The translations under genes and the position numbers were made by a program. From positions 30,851 to 94,850 of the forward strand of contig NZBQ01000016.1 in assembly GCA_002688105.1 (NCBI GenBank): a stretch of DNA of 64,000 nt, in the 5' to 3' direction. This document shows positions 36,925 to 45,416 of this stretch, piece after piece; within the stretch, counting starts at the first letter, position 1, and the number at the start of each line of letters is the position of its first letter. This DNA is from Dehalococcoidales bacterium (GTDB lineage: Bacteria > Chloroflexota > Dehalococcoidia > Dehalococcoidales > GCA-2688105). The notes beneath the pieces were generated by a model. It did not search any database and was not told the DNA's origin. It saw only the letters and a list, made by a program, of their open reading frames with translations.

Positions 36925-36960
36925 AAAATAGCCGTGGTCCTCGGGCCACGGCTATTTTTT
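36925..36960 (+). terminator. Rho-independent terminator of groESL
   Basis: AAAATAGCCGTGG...CCACGGCTATTTTTT. Confidence 0.8.
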
Positions 36961-36989
36961 ATAGGTGCCTTGCTTTTGGTGGGGTGTTT

Positions 36990-37062
36990 AAGAGGGGCTT
37001 TGCCCCTCTTATAAAAAACAATCCCCCCTCTCCTTCGAAGGAGAGGGGGTCAGGGGGTGAGG
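36990..37062. repeat. Composite hairpin (REP-like) element, copy A (inverted relative to B and C)
   Basis: Module 1 is AAGAGGGGC-TTT-GCCCCTCTT. Module 2 is CCCCCCTCTCC-TTCGAA-GGAGAGGGGG, followed by GGGGGTGAGG. Confidence 0.75.
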
Positions 37063-37075
37063 TAGATAAACTATC

Positions 37076-38368
37076 TCACAGCTTCAGCAGCTCTTCCAGA
37101 GACTCAGAACTGACAACCGGACCAACCACTGCCAGGCGGAGCTGGCTGCCTACCATGAGTTCCCGGGCTAACTGCTTGAGTTCCTCAGCGGTGATAGCCT
37201 CAATAATGGATATTACCTGGTCAACACTAAGAATTCGTTCCGAGAGAACCTCCTGTCCCCCCACCCACCCGGCAACATTGCGGCTATCTTCCATTCGCAG
37301 TAGCAGACGTCCCTTTGACAGTTCCTTTGCCTTGGACAGCTCAGTCTCAGGGACTTGTTCCTTTAGTTTAGCAAGCTGCTCCAGGATAGCCTTAATGGCT
37401 GTTTTCAGGTTCTTCGGTTCCACCCCGGCATAGACAGTAACCGAGCCAGAGTCAAGGAAGTGCTCGGCATAGCTCTGAATACTGTAGGCAAGCCCCAGCT
37501 TATCACGAATTTCAGCAAACAGGCGGCTGCTCATCCCTCCCCCCAGGATGATATTAAGCAGGTCAACGGTGAAGCGCCGGGGGTGGAGCAGTGATAAGCC
37601 GGGCAGCGCCAGGCAGAGGTGGGCTTGTTCTATGTCCCGGGTCTCAACCTGCAGTCGCTGAGCCAGTTCCGGCTTATAAGCCAAACATCCGGGACGCTCC
37701 GGCTGGCTAGTCCAGTCACCCAGAGCCTGACTGACGGCGGCTAATACCTCATCATGCTGGATATTACCGGCAACGGCAACCACCGAATTACCGGGTAGAT
37801 ATTGACTTTGAAGGTAGCCAAGCATCCGGTCTCCGGTGATGGCAGACACTGATTCCTTGCTGCCAGCTACGTCCCGTCCCAGGGGATGATTAGGCCATAG
37901 CAGGTCATCAATGAGTATATTAACCCACTGCGATGGGGAATCCTTGCCCATTTTAATCTCTTCAATGATAACCCGTCGTTCTTTTTCTATCTCTGGCGGG
38001 TCAAACCGGGAATGGAGCAGCATATCTGTCAGCACATCCAGGGCTAGTGGGAAATGGGACTGAGCAACCTTACACCAGTAGACGGTTAATTCTTTGTCGG
38101 TGCCACCATTGAGAATTCCACCCACGCCTTCTATTGCTTCCGAAATCTCCCTAGCAGTTGGTCGTTGCTGAGTGCCTTTGAAGCACAGATGCTCAATAAA
38201 ATGGGAAATACCTGCCTCGGACTCAGTCTCGTATCGGGAGCCAACCCCAACAAAGATACCAATACATACCGAGTGGGTGTGAGGCATATTAGCCGTGACA
38301 AGGCGCAACCCGTTATCCAGGGTAGTCTTTTGATACAATACTTTCCCTCCAGCTTGATGGTAAGTCAT
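37076..38368 (-). CDS. M16-family zinc peptidase (insulinase/pitrilysin-like)
   Basis: The inverted zinc motif HFIEHLCFKGT (HxxEH), 430 aa. Confidence 0.85.
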   Translation of the reverse strand: MTYHQAGGKVLYQKTTLDNGLRLVTANMPHTHSVCIGIFVGVGSRYETESEAGISHFIEHLCFKGTQQRPTAREISEAIEGVGGILNGGTDKELTVYWCKVAQSHFPLALDVLTDMLLHSRFDPPEIEKERRVIIEEIKMGKDSPSQWVNILIDDLLWPNHPLGRDVAGSKESVSAITGDRMLGYLQSQYLPGNSVVAVAGNIQHDEVLAAVSQALGDWTSQPERPGCLAYKPELAQRLQVETRDIEQAHLCLALPGLSLLHPRRFTVDLLNIILGGGMSSRLFAEIRDKLGLAYSIQSYAEHFLDSGSVTVYAGVEPKNLKTAIKAILEQLAKLKEQVPETELSKAKELSKGRLLLRMEDSRNVAGWVGGQEVLSERILSVDQVISIIEAITAEELKQLARELMVGSQLRLAVVGPVVSSESLEELLKL

Positions 38369-38425
38369 TATTCTAACCCTATTCCTAAACAGGTGTCAAT
38401 TTATGACTTTGAGATTGTTTACCAA

Positions 38426-38499
38426 CCCCTCACCCTTTATCTCTCTCCCCTTATGCAGGGGAGAGAGAGGAGAATTTCTTAAAGGGGCTTCGCCCCTTT
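38426..38499. repeat. Composite hairpin (REP-like) element, copy B
   Basis: CCCCTCACCC.., then CTCTCTCCCC-TTATGCA-GGGGAGAGAG, then AAAGGGGC-TTC-GCCCCTTT. Confidence 0.7.
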
Positions 38500-38594
38500 A
38501 AATCCCCTGGGCAAACAGCCTCAGTTAACCTTGCAGCATAAAGAATAGACAGTATCGGTTGATTTATTCTGGAGAGTATGCTAACCTTTGGCTG

Positions 38595-38872
38595 GAAAAG
38601 CAATGACGGAGAAGAGTAAGAGGATAACGAGCACCTAGCGAGTCTGGTAAGGTGAAAGCAGATGTGCTTGCCCCCTGAAAATCCCTCCCGAGCTACCAAC
38701 CGAACCGTAGTTTATAAATGAGACGACTTAGTAGGCTTGGTCGGGTGCGCCAGCCGTTATCACTGGCAATGGCATGATGATATGCCTTAAACGAGTGCTC
38801 CCACCTGAGGTGGGGGAAATAGGGTGGTACCACGGGTTTGATAAATCTCGTCCCTAAAGGGCGGGATTTTTT
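38595..38872 (+). promoter_or_regulatory. T-box riboswitch leader (Ile) controlling ileS, including its terminator (38845-38872)
   Basis: Stem I elements are present (AATGA..AGAGTA K-turn region, AGCGAGTC, GGTGAAAG distal loop). The T-box sequence is AAATAGGGTGGTACCACGG. The terminator stem ATCTCG(T)CCC-TAAA-GGGCGGGAT is followed by TTTTT. The candidate specifier is ATC at 38681-38683. Confidence 0.85.
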
Positions 38873-38894
38873 AATATAGAAAGGTTTTTTTATC

Positions 38895-41800
38895 ATGTTT
38901 CGTCCGGTGGATAGCAAGGTGAATTTCCCCCAGGTTGAGGAGAACATACTCAGCCTGTGGAGAAATAACCGTACCTTTGAGCGGAGTGTAGCTAATCGCC
39001 AGGGGGCTTCTCGCTTCGTACTCTATGAGGGACCACCTACCGCTAACGGCAGTCCGGGTATCCATCATGTACTGGCTAGAGTATTCAAGGATGCTATACC
39101 CCGTTATAAGGCAATGAAGGGCGATTATACTCCACGCATTGCCGGCTGGGATACGCATGGACTGCCTATCGAACTGGAGGTAGAGAAGCAACTGGGACTT
39201 TCCAGCAAGACAGACATTGAAAAGTTTGGTATTGATAAATTTAACGCTCGCTGCCGGGAGAGTGTCTTTGGCTACCTGAAAGAGTGGGAGGCGATGACCG
39301 AGCGCATCGGCTTCTGGGTTGACTTAAAACACCCCTATATCACTATGAATAATAGCTACATTGAGACCGTCTGGTGGGCAATGAAGCAGATGTGGGACAA
39401 AGGACTGGTTTATCAGGGCTACAAGGTTACCCCCCACTGCTCCCGTTGCGGCACCTCCTTGAGCTCCCACGAGGTCGCCCTGGGCTATGAGAACAATGTT
39501 GAAGACCCTTCGGTCTATATCAAGTTTAAGATTGTGGAAGACCAGCGATGTGCCCTTCCCATAGATAAGCCTACCTATCTGCTGACCTGGACGACTACTC
39601 CCTGGACGCTGCCAGGGAATACGGCTTTAGCAGTGGCGGCTGATGCTGAATATGCCGTGGCCGAAGGGGATAGCGAGTATCTCATTCTGGCTGATGTCCT
39701 GCTTGGGGTGGTGGGGATTGACGGCTACAAGGTGGTGGGGAAGGTGATGGGGAGAGACCTCGTAGATACAAAATATGAGCCACTATTTAATCCGCATAAG
39801 TACGGGGTGGAAGTCAGGTGCCCTATAGTGGTTAAAGATGCGAGTGGACAATTACACTGGGAACCCCCAGGTATGGGGCCACCGAGAGTCGAGCATGTAA
39901 GTGATCCCTTGAAGTACCCAGTCATTGCGGCTGATTTTGTATCTATGGAGGAAGGAACAGGGATTGTGCATGTTGCCCCTGCCTTTGGTGAGGTTGACTT
40001 TAATGCTCAATTTGATAATCCCTTGTGCTTTGTCCAACCTGTAGATTTACAGGGCATCATTACCGGCACCTATCCTTTCTCGGGTAAGTTTGTTAAAGAG
40101 GCTGACCCTCTTATTCTGGATGACCTGAAGTCAAGGGGGCTGCTCTTCCGCAGTGAAAAAATCAGGCATACCTATCCCTTCTGCTGGCGCTGTGAAGCAC
40201 CCCTGCTCTACTATGCCAAGCAGACCTGGTATATCAGGACGACCGCCGTCAAGGAAACCCTTATCGCCGGGAACGATGAGATAAACTGGTATCCCGAGCA
40301 CATCAAATACGGACGCTTCGGTGACTGGCTGGAGAATAATGTTGACTGGGCATTTTCCCGAGAGCGCTACTGGGGAACGCCGCTGCCGATATGGTGCTGT
40401 GAATCCTGTGGCGAACTCGATTGTATCAGCAGTGTGGAGGAGTTAAAAAATAAGACCGGGTTCTCCGGGTTAAAAGAGCCTCTGGACTTACACCGTCCCT
40501 TTGTTGACGAAGTAACCTATAACTGCCCCAAGTGTAAAGCTGAGATGAGGCGAGTGCCCGAGGTAATTGACTGCTGGTTTGATTCGGGCGCTATGCCCGT
40601 AGCCCAGTGGCATTACCCGTTTGAGAATGATACCTTGCTTGAGGACGGGCGATTCCCGGCTGATTATATCTGTGAAGCCGTTGACCAGACCCGAGGCTGG
40701 TTCTACAGCCTGCACGCCATATCTACCCTGCTGTTTAATCGTCTCTGCTTCAGGAATGTTATTTGCCTGGGGCACATTCTTGATGCCAAAGGGGAGAAAA
40801 TGAGCAAGGCCAAGGGGAACGTGGTTGAGCCATGGGCAGTGATTAATAAGTACGGGGCTGATGCCCTGCGCTGGTACTGCCTGACCGCCTCGCCACCGGG
40901 TAATGTGCGCCGTTTTTCAGAAAAACTGGTGGCTGAGATAACCCGCCGCTTTTTACTGACGCTGTGGAATACCTATTCCTTTTTTGTTATCTACGCCAAT
41001 ATAGACCAGTTCACTCCCGGTGCCGAAGGAACTCCGTCTGAGCCGTCGGAACTTGATAAGTGGGTCATCTCCGAGCTTAACCAGCTTATCGTTGATGTCG
41101 ATACGGCTCTGGGCGGCTATAACCCGACGGAGGCAGGGAGAAAGATAGAGAACTTTATCAATGACCTTTCCAACTGGTATGTGCGGCGGAGCCGCCGGCG
41201 GTTCTGGAAGAGCGAGAATGATGCCGATAAACTGTCGGCATATAACACCCTCTATGAGTGTCTGGTTACGCTATCCAAGCTGCTGGCGCCGTTTACTCCG
41301 TTCCTGGCTGAGGAGCTATATCAAAACCTGGTTGTCTCAGCCTTTCCCGAGGCTCCAGACAGCGTGCACATGACTGATTTTCCCGTGGCAGATAAGGCTA
41401 GAATTGATAAGCAGTTGGCAACTGAGACCCGGCTGGTAATTAAAATATCAAGTCTGGGGCGAGCCGCCCGAAGTCAGGCCGGCATCAAGGTGCGCCAGCC
41501 TTTAGCCAAGGTCATGGTCAAAGTGCCAACTCGAGAGCAGAGAAGCCTAGTCAAACTGGAACCTCAAATTCTGGAAGAACTTAATGTAAAAAAACTTGAA
41601 CTAGTTGGCAGTGCGGCTGAACTCGATAAATCAGGTTATGAAGTTAGCTCGGAGGGAAGCCTGGAAGTGGCCATCCCCACCGAAATTTCTCCCGAACTGG
41701 CGGCCGAAGGAACAGCGCGAGAGATAGTGCACAGAATCCAGACCATGCGCCGCTCGGCTGGTTTTGATATTGCCGACTATATCGTTACTTATTACCAGGG

Positions 41801-41963
41801 TGAGCCCTCTATGAAGCAGGTAATGGAGGATTTTGCTGACTACATTAAGCAGGAAACACTATCCCATAAGCTTATTGCAGGGGTTCCCGAAAAGGGTTTA
41901 TTTAGGGAAAGCTATAAGCTGGGCGGCTATGATATATTACTGGGGGTAGCCAAACTAAACTGA
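38895..41963 (+). CDS. ileS: Isoleucine--tRNA ligase (long, type-2-like form)
   Basis: 1022 aa with the HIGH-type motif (PGIHHVLARV), KMSKS (GEKMSKAKGN) and zinc-binding CxxC pairs. Confidence 0.95.
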   Translation: MFRPVDSKVNFPQVEENILSLWRNNRTFERSVANRQGASRFVLYEGPPTANGSPGIHHVLARVFKDAIPRYKAMKGDYTPRIAGWDTHGLPIELEVEKQLGLSSKTDIEKFGIDKFNARCRESVFGYLKEWEAMTERIGFWVDLKHPYITMNNSYIETVWWAMKQMWDKGLVYQGYKVTPHCSRCGTSLSSHEVALGYENNVEDPSVYIKFKIVEDQRCALPIDKPTYLLTWTTTPWTLPGNTALAVAADAEYAVAEGDSEYLILADVLLGVVGIDGYKVVGKVMGRDLVDTKYEPLFNPHKYGVEVRCPIVVKDASGQLHWEPPGMGPPRVEHVSDPLKYPVIAADFVSMEEGTGIVHVAPAFGEVDFNAQFDNPLCFVQPVDLQGIITGTYPFSGKFVKEADPLILDDLKSRGLLFRSEKIRHTYPFCWRCEAPLLYYAKQTWYIRTTAVKETLIAGNDEINWYPEHIKYGRFGDWLENNVDWAFSRERYWGTPLPIWCCESCGELDCISSVEELKNKTGFSGLKEPLDLHRPFVDEVTYNCPKCKAEMRRVPEVIDCWFDSGAMPVAQWHYPFENDTLLEDGRFPADYICEAVDQTRGWFYSLHAISTLLFNRLCFRNVICLGHILDAKGEKMSKAKGNVVEPWAVINKYGADALRWYCLTASPPGNVRRFSEKLVAEITRRFLLTLWNTYSFFVIYANIDQFTPGAEGTPSEPSELDKWVISELNQLIVDVDTALGGYNPTEAGRKIENFINDLSNWYVRRSRRRFWKSENDADKLSAYNTLYECLVTLSKLLAPFTPFLAEELYQNLVVSAFPEAPDSVHMTDFPVADKARIDKQLATETRLVIKISSLGRAARSQAGIKVRQPLAKVMVKVPTREQRSLVKLEPQILEELNVKKLELVGSAAELDKSGYEVSSEGSLEVAIPTEISPELAAEGTAREIVHRIQTMRRSAGFDIADYIVTYYQGEPSMKQVMEDFADYIKQETLSHKLIAGVPEKGLFRESYKLGGYDILLGVAKLN

Positions 41964-41964
41964 C

Positions 41965-43098
41965 TTAGAATGGCGGCGGGCTTTCGGCAAGGGTAACATA
42001 AGTAATGCTTTGAGTATCACCCCGCCAGAAGGTTATTTTTACCTCCTGCCCAATCTGGAAGGCATGGACTGCCTGCCTTAATTCCTCAACGTTGGTCATT
42101 TCCTCATCTTCAAGAGCGATAATAACGTCCCCGGGTTCTAAGCCGGCTTCAACCGCCGGACTATCTGGGGTTACTCCTCTAACCAGAACCCCCTTATCTA
42201 CACCCAGGCGGAAATAAGCCGCTACCGACTCATCTACAGTGAACAGTCCTTCTACCCCCAGCCAGGGACGAACCACGTAACCAGTTCTAACCAGTTCCTC
42301 AATAATCGGCGCCACCGTATGGATACTCATGGCATAGCCCATGCCCTCCACACCAACCTCAGCAATCTTAACGCTGGTGATACCAACTACCTCTCCCGCC
42401 ATATTCACCAACGGTCCACCGCTATTCCCCGGATTAATGGCCGCATCGGTTTGCATAAGGTCATATAGGGTTTGCCCGGCGGATACCGGTATAGAAATCC
42501 CCAGACCGCTAATAATCCCGGTGGTAGCACCTATCCCCATACCTAACGAATTACCGATAACTACCACCCACTCACCGACTCTCAATTGGGAGGAATCACC
42601 TATATTGGCTTCAGGCAGATTACTGGCATTAATCTTAACTACCGCCAGGTCAGTGAGATGGTCGGTGCGTACTGCCTCAGCGGGAAAAGTCCGGCCGTCA
42701 TCCAGGGTCACATCGATGTTCTCCGCTCCCTGCACCACATGGTTGTTGGTCACGATAAGCCCGTCTTCATCTACAATCCACCCTGAACCAGCGCCCTCCT
42801 GGGTAAAGGAGCCGGTGAAAACATTGTAGCCGGGAACCTTAGTGTTAATAGCCACTACTGAAGGCTTAACCGTAGCTACCATCTCAGCAATATCGGGTAA
42901 TACTGCGGCATTACCATTTATAGCTGGCAGAGAAAAGTCAGGGTCAATGGGGGTAATGGTGGGAGGAGCCGGTGGACTTGGCGCTGGACTTGGTGACGGT
43001 AAAATCTCTATCTCAGGTAATACACAGCTAGTGCCTAGAAACAGAGATACAAGTATGATAAAACAGGCTAATAGATATTTTACATTTACCCTTTTCAT
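41965..43098 (-). CDS. HtrA/DegP-family serine protease with a PDZ domain, lipoprotein-type signal
   Basis: Catalytic GNSGGPL, TNNHVV (His), a lipobox-like LGTSC, and a C-terminal PDZ domain. Confidence 0.85.
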   Translation of the reverse strand: MKRVNVKYLLACFIILVSLFLGTSCVLPEIEILPSPSPAPSPPAPPTITPIDPDFSLPAINGNAAVLPDIAEMVATVKPSVVAINTKVPGYNVFTGSFTQEGAGSGWIVDEDGLIVTNNHVVQGAENIDVTLDDGRTFPAEAVRTDHLTDLAVVKINASNLPEANIGDSSQLRVGEWVVVIGNSLGMGIGATTGIISGLGISIPVSAGQTLYDLMQTDAAINPGNSGGPLVNMAGEVVGITSVKIAEVGVEGMGYAMSIHTVAPIIEELVRTGYVVRPWLGVEGLFTVDESVAAYFRLGVDKGVLVRGVTPDSPAVEAGLEPGDVIIALEDEEMTNVEELRQAVHAFQIGQEVKITFWRGDTQSITYVTLAESPPPF

Positions 43099-43209
43099 TA
43101 TTTTTTATTCTAACACCCTGGCCAAATTATCTCAAGAATAAGCAATCTCAAAGACAAAGGACCGGGTTTTACCCCAGCCCCTCATCTCACTATATTCCAG
43201 GCTATATAA

Positions 43210-43525
43210 CTATGCCCCGGGTACCTCGGGCAGTGAAGTCAGCGCTTCTTTTACCTTCTCCGCGGGGTACTCATAATCCTGGAGTTTACCGGAGAGATAC
43301 TCATCATAGGCAGCCAGGTCGAAATGTCCGTGTCCACTATGAGCCAGTAGTATGGTTTTTGGCTCGCCAGTCTCCTTACACCTAAGAGCCTCATCAATAG
43401 TCGCTTTGATAGCGTGGTTTGTCTCCGGGGCACTGAGAATACCCTCAGTGCGGACAAAGGTTACCCCGGCTTTGAAGGTAGCCAGTTGGTGCTCGGCTCT
43501 GGCTTCAACCAGACCTTGACCTGCC
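43210..43525 (-). pseudogene. C-terminal ~105 codons of a TrpB2-type (tryptophan synthase beta-like) gene; 5' three-quarters missing
   Basis: The minus-strand frame reads GLVEARAEHQLATFKAGVTFVRTEGILSAPETNHAIKATIDEAL..ILLAHSGHGHFDLAAYDEYL..stop. It contains no Met and ends exactly at the IS-type terminal repeat. Confidence 0.6.
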
Positions 43526-43564
43526 CCCCAAAAAGGAGTCCAGTTATAATGTTAGTCCAATCCT
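43518..43564 (+). repeat. IS-type terminal repeat, copy 3 (solo)
   Basis: TGACCTGCCCCCCAAAAAGGAGTCCAGTTATAATGTTAGTCCAATCC. About 40 nt are identical to the reverse complement of 27472-27511, and about 74% match 26901-26946. Confidence 0.55.
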
Positions 43565-43721
43565 AACCTCCACTCCCATCCTCAACACCAACCCCCAAAT
43601 CCAAAAACAGCCCCTCAAATTTCCAAAGCATAAGTAAGCTTGCTGTTACATTTAAATTGCATGTATACAATATTTCAGTTATCAAATCTATGGCAAAAGT
43701 GTTATAATTTAGCCAAATTAG

Positions 43722-44969
43722 ATGGCTAAAAGAAGGGTAGTCGTAACTGGATTGGGGGCAGTAACCCCCCTGGGAACAGGGGTGGAGAAAAGCTGGCAAT
43801 CTCTGTGCCAGGGGAAATCTGGTATTGGCATGATAACCAGATTTGATACTAGCGATTTTAAGACCAAAATTGCCGGCGAGGTGAATGACCTTAACCCGTT
43901 AGATTTTATTAACCGGAAACTGGTAAGAAGGTTTGACCGCTTTACTCATTTTGCACTGGCGGCAGCCCACATGGCAGTGGAGGATTCCGGACTGACCATC
44001 AACCCGAGTGATGCTGACCGGGTGGGGGTGGTAATAGCCACTGCTGCCTGTGGAATAGAAAGTTTGATAAAAAATCATGAGTTATTACTTTTCGGAGAGC
44101 GCCACCGGATTTCCCCCTTCTTTATTCCCAGCTTTCCGGGTAATATGCCAGCGGGACAGGTCGCCATCCAGTGTGGGGCTAAGGGACCGAACCTCTGCCC
44201 GGTAACTGCCTGTGCCGCCGGGACGCATGCCATTGGTGAGGCCGCCAGGATTATTCAGCGAGGTGATGCTGAGGTGATAATTACTGGTGGGACTGACTCG
44301 GCGGTTAGCCCACTTATCTTCGCCGGGCTGGATGCCGGAGGCTTCACCTCCCCCAAGAGTAATGAGCCGGAGAAGGCCAGCCGTCCCTTCGATAAAGACC
44401 GCGATGGCTTCGTCTCCAGTGAGGGCAGCGGCATTATCATTCTGGAAGAGCTGGAGTTTGCCCTGAATAGAGAAGCCAAAATTTATGCCGAGGTGCTGGG
44501 CTACGGTCGTAACTGTGACGCCTATCATATAGTAGCCCCGGACCCTGAGGGTGAAGGTGCTGCCAAGTGTATGCAACTAGCGCTCACGGATGCCGCTATT
44601 ACGGCGGATAAGATTGATTATATTAATGCTCACGGCACATCAACGGTGCTGAATGACTTAACTGAAACCAAGGCAATAAAGAAGGTTTTTCAGGGGCTGA
44701 GCCATAAGATACCGATAAGCGCTAATAAATCAATGATAGGTCATCTATGGGGTGCGGCCGGGACCGTAGAGGCAATATTTAGCATCCTGACTATTACCCA
44801 TGGCATCATCCCGCCAACCATCAACTATGAGACCCCAGACCCCGAGTGTGACCTTGATTATGTGCCTAATGTAGCCAGGAAAGCTAAGGTAAGGGCTGCC
44901 TTGTCCAATTCCTTTGGTATCGGCAGTACAAACGGCTGCATAATCTTTGGGCATTTCCCTCCACAGTAA
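43722..44969 (+). CDS. fabF: 3-oxoacyl-ACP synthase II
   Basis: Cys-His-His triad contexts (ACAAGTHAIG, NAHGTST, GHLWGAAG), 415 aa. Confidence 0.9.
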   Translation: MAKRRVVVTGLGAVTPLGTGVEKSWQSLCQGKSGIGMITRFDTSDFKTKIAGEVNDLNPLDFINRKLVRRFDRFTHFALAAAHMAVEDSGLTINPSDADRVGVVIATAACGIESLIKNHELLLFGERHRISPFFIPSFPGNMPAGQVAIQCGAKGPNLCPVTACAAGTHAIGEAARIIQRGDAEVIITGGTDSAVSPLIFAGLDAGGFTSPKSNEPEKASRPFDKDRDGFVSSEGSGIIILEELEFALNREAKIYAEVLGYGRNCDAYHIVAPDPEGEGAAKCMQLALTDAAITADKIDYINAHGTSTVLNDLTETKAIKKVFQGLSHKIPISANKSMIGHLWGAAGTVEAIFSILTITHGIIPPTINYETPDPECDLDYVPNVARKAKVRAALSNSFGIGSTNGCIIFGHFPPQ

Positions 44970-45066
44970 AGCCGCTGTTTCTTGTAATCCCACTTGCAAT
45001 GTAGAGAAATGTAGGCTATGATTCTACATAGAGAAACTAGGTATTGCCATAAGAGAGGTAATTTAG

Positions 45067-45402
45067 ATGCCCCAAGGGCGTGAGTTAATGAAAGGCAATG
45101 TCGATTCCTTACTCCTCTGCCTGATGGGTCAGCAGCCGATGTATGGTTACCAAATCATTAAGGAACTTGAGAAAAGGAGTCAAGGTTACTTCAAGTTTAA
45201 GGAGGGCACTCTTTATCCGGCACTCCATCGCCTAGAAAGAGCTGGCTTAATCCAGGGTAAGTGGCAGCTGCTGTCCAGTGGACAGCAGCGAAAGTATTAC
45301 CATATTACTGATAAAGGCCTGGCTACCTTGGTAGAGAAAAGAGGCCAATGGCTGGATTTCTTATTTGCTATGAACCTGATTATTCAGCCGTCACGTGGTT
45401 GA
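45067..45402 (+). CDS. PadR-family transcriptional regulator
   Basis: YGYQIIKELE...GTLYPALHRLERAGLI. Confidence 0.9.
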   Translation: MPQGRELMKGNVDSLLLCLMGQQPMYGYQIIKELEKRSQGYFKFKEGTLYPALHRLERAGLIQGKWQLLSSGQQRKYYHITDKGLATLVEKRGQWLDFLFAMNLIIQPSRG

Positions 45403-45416
45403 TATGAAGTAAGGAG

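Noticed and set aside
36984-37433. 149-aa ORF on the plus strand
   Set aside because: It begins inside the REP-like hairpin (the PPSPSKERGSGGEV part is the palindrome read as protein). It then runs antisense to the well-supported M16 peptidase gene.
38451-39191. Three minus-strand ORFs (82-106 aa) upstream of and overlapping ileS
   Set aside because: They cover the REP-like element, the T-box leader and the ileS 5' end, and they have low-complexity translations. The T-box and ileS explain the sequence.
43251-43457. 68-aa minus-strand ORF from the track
   Set aside because: It is in the wrong frame. The adjacent frame gives a clear TrpB2-like C-terminus without any Met, so the region is better explained as a gene fragment.
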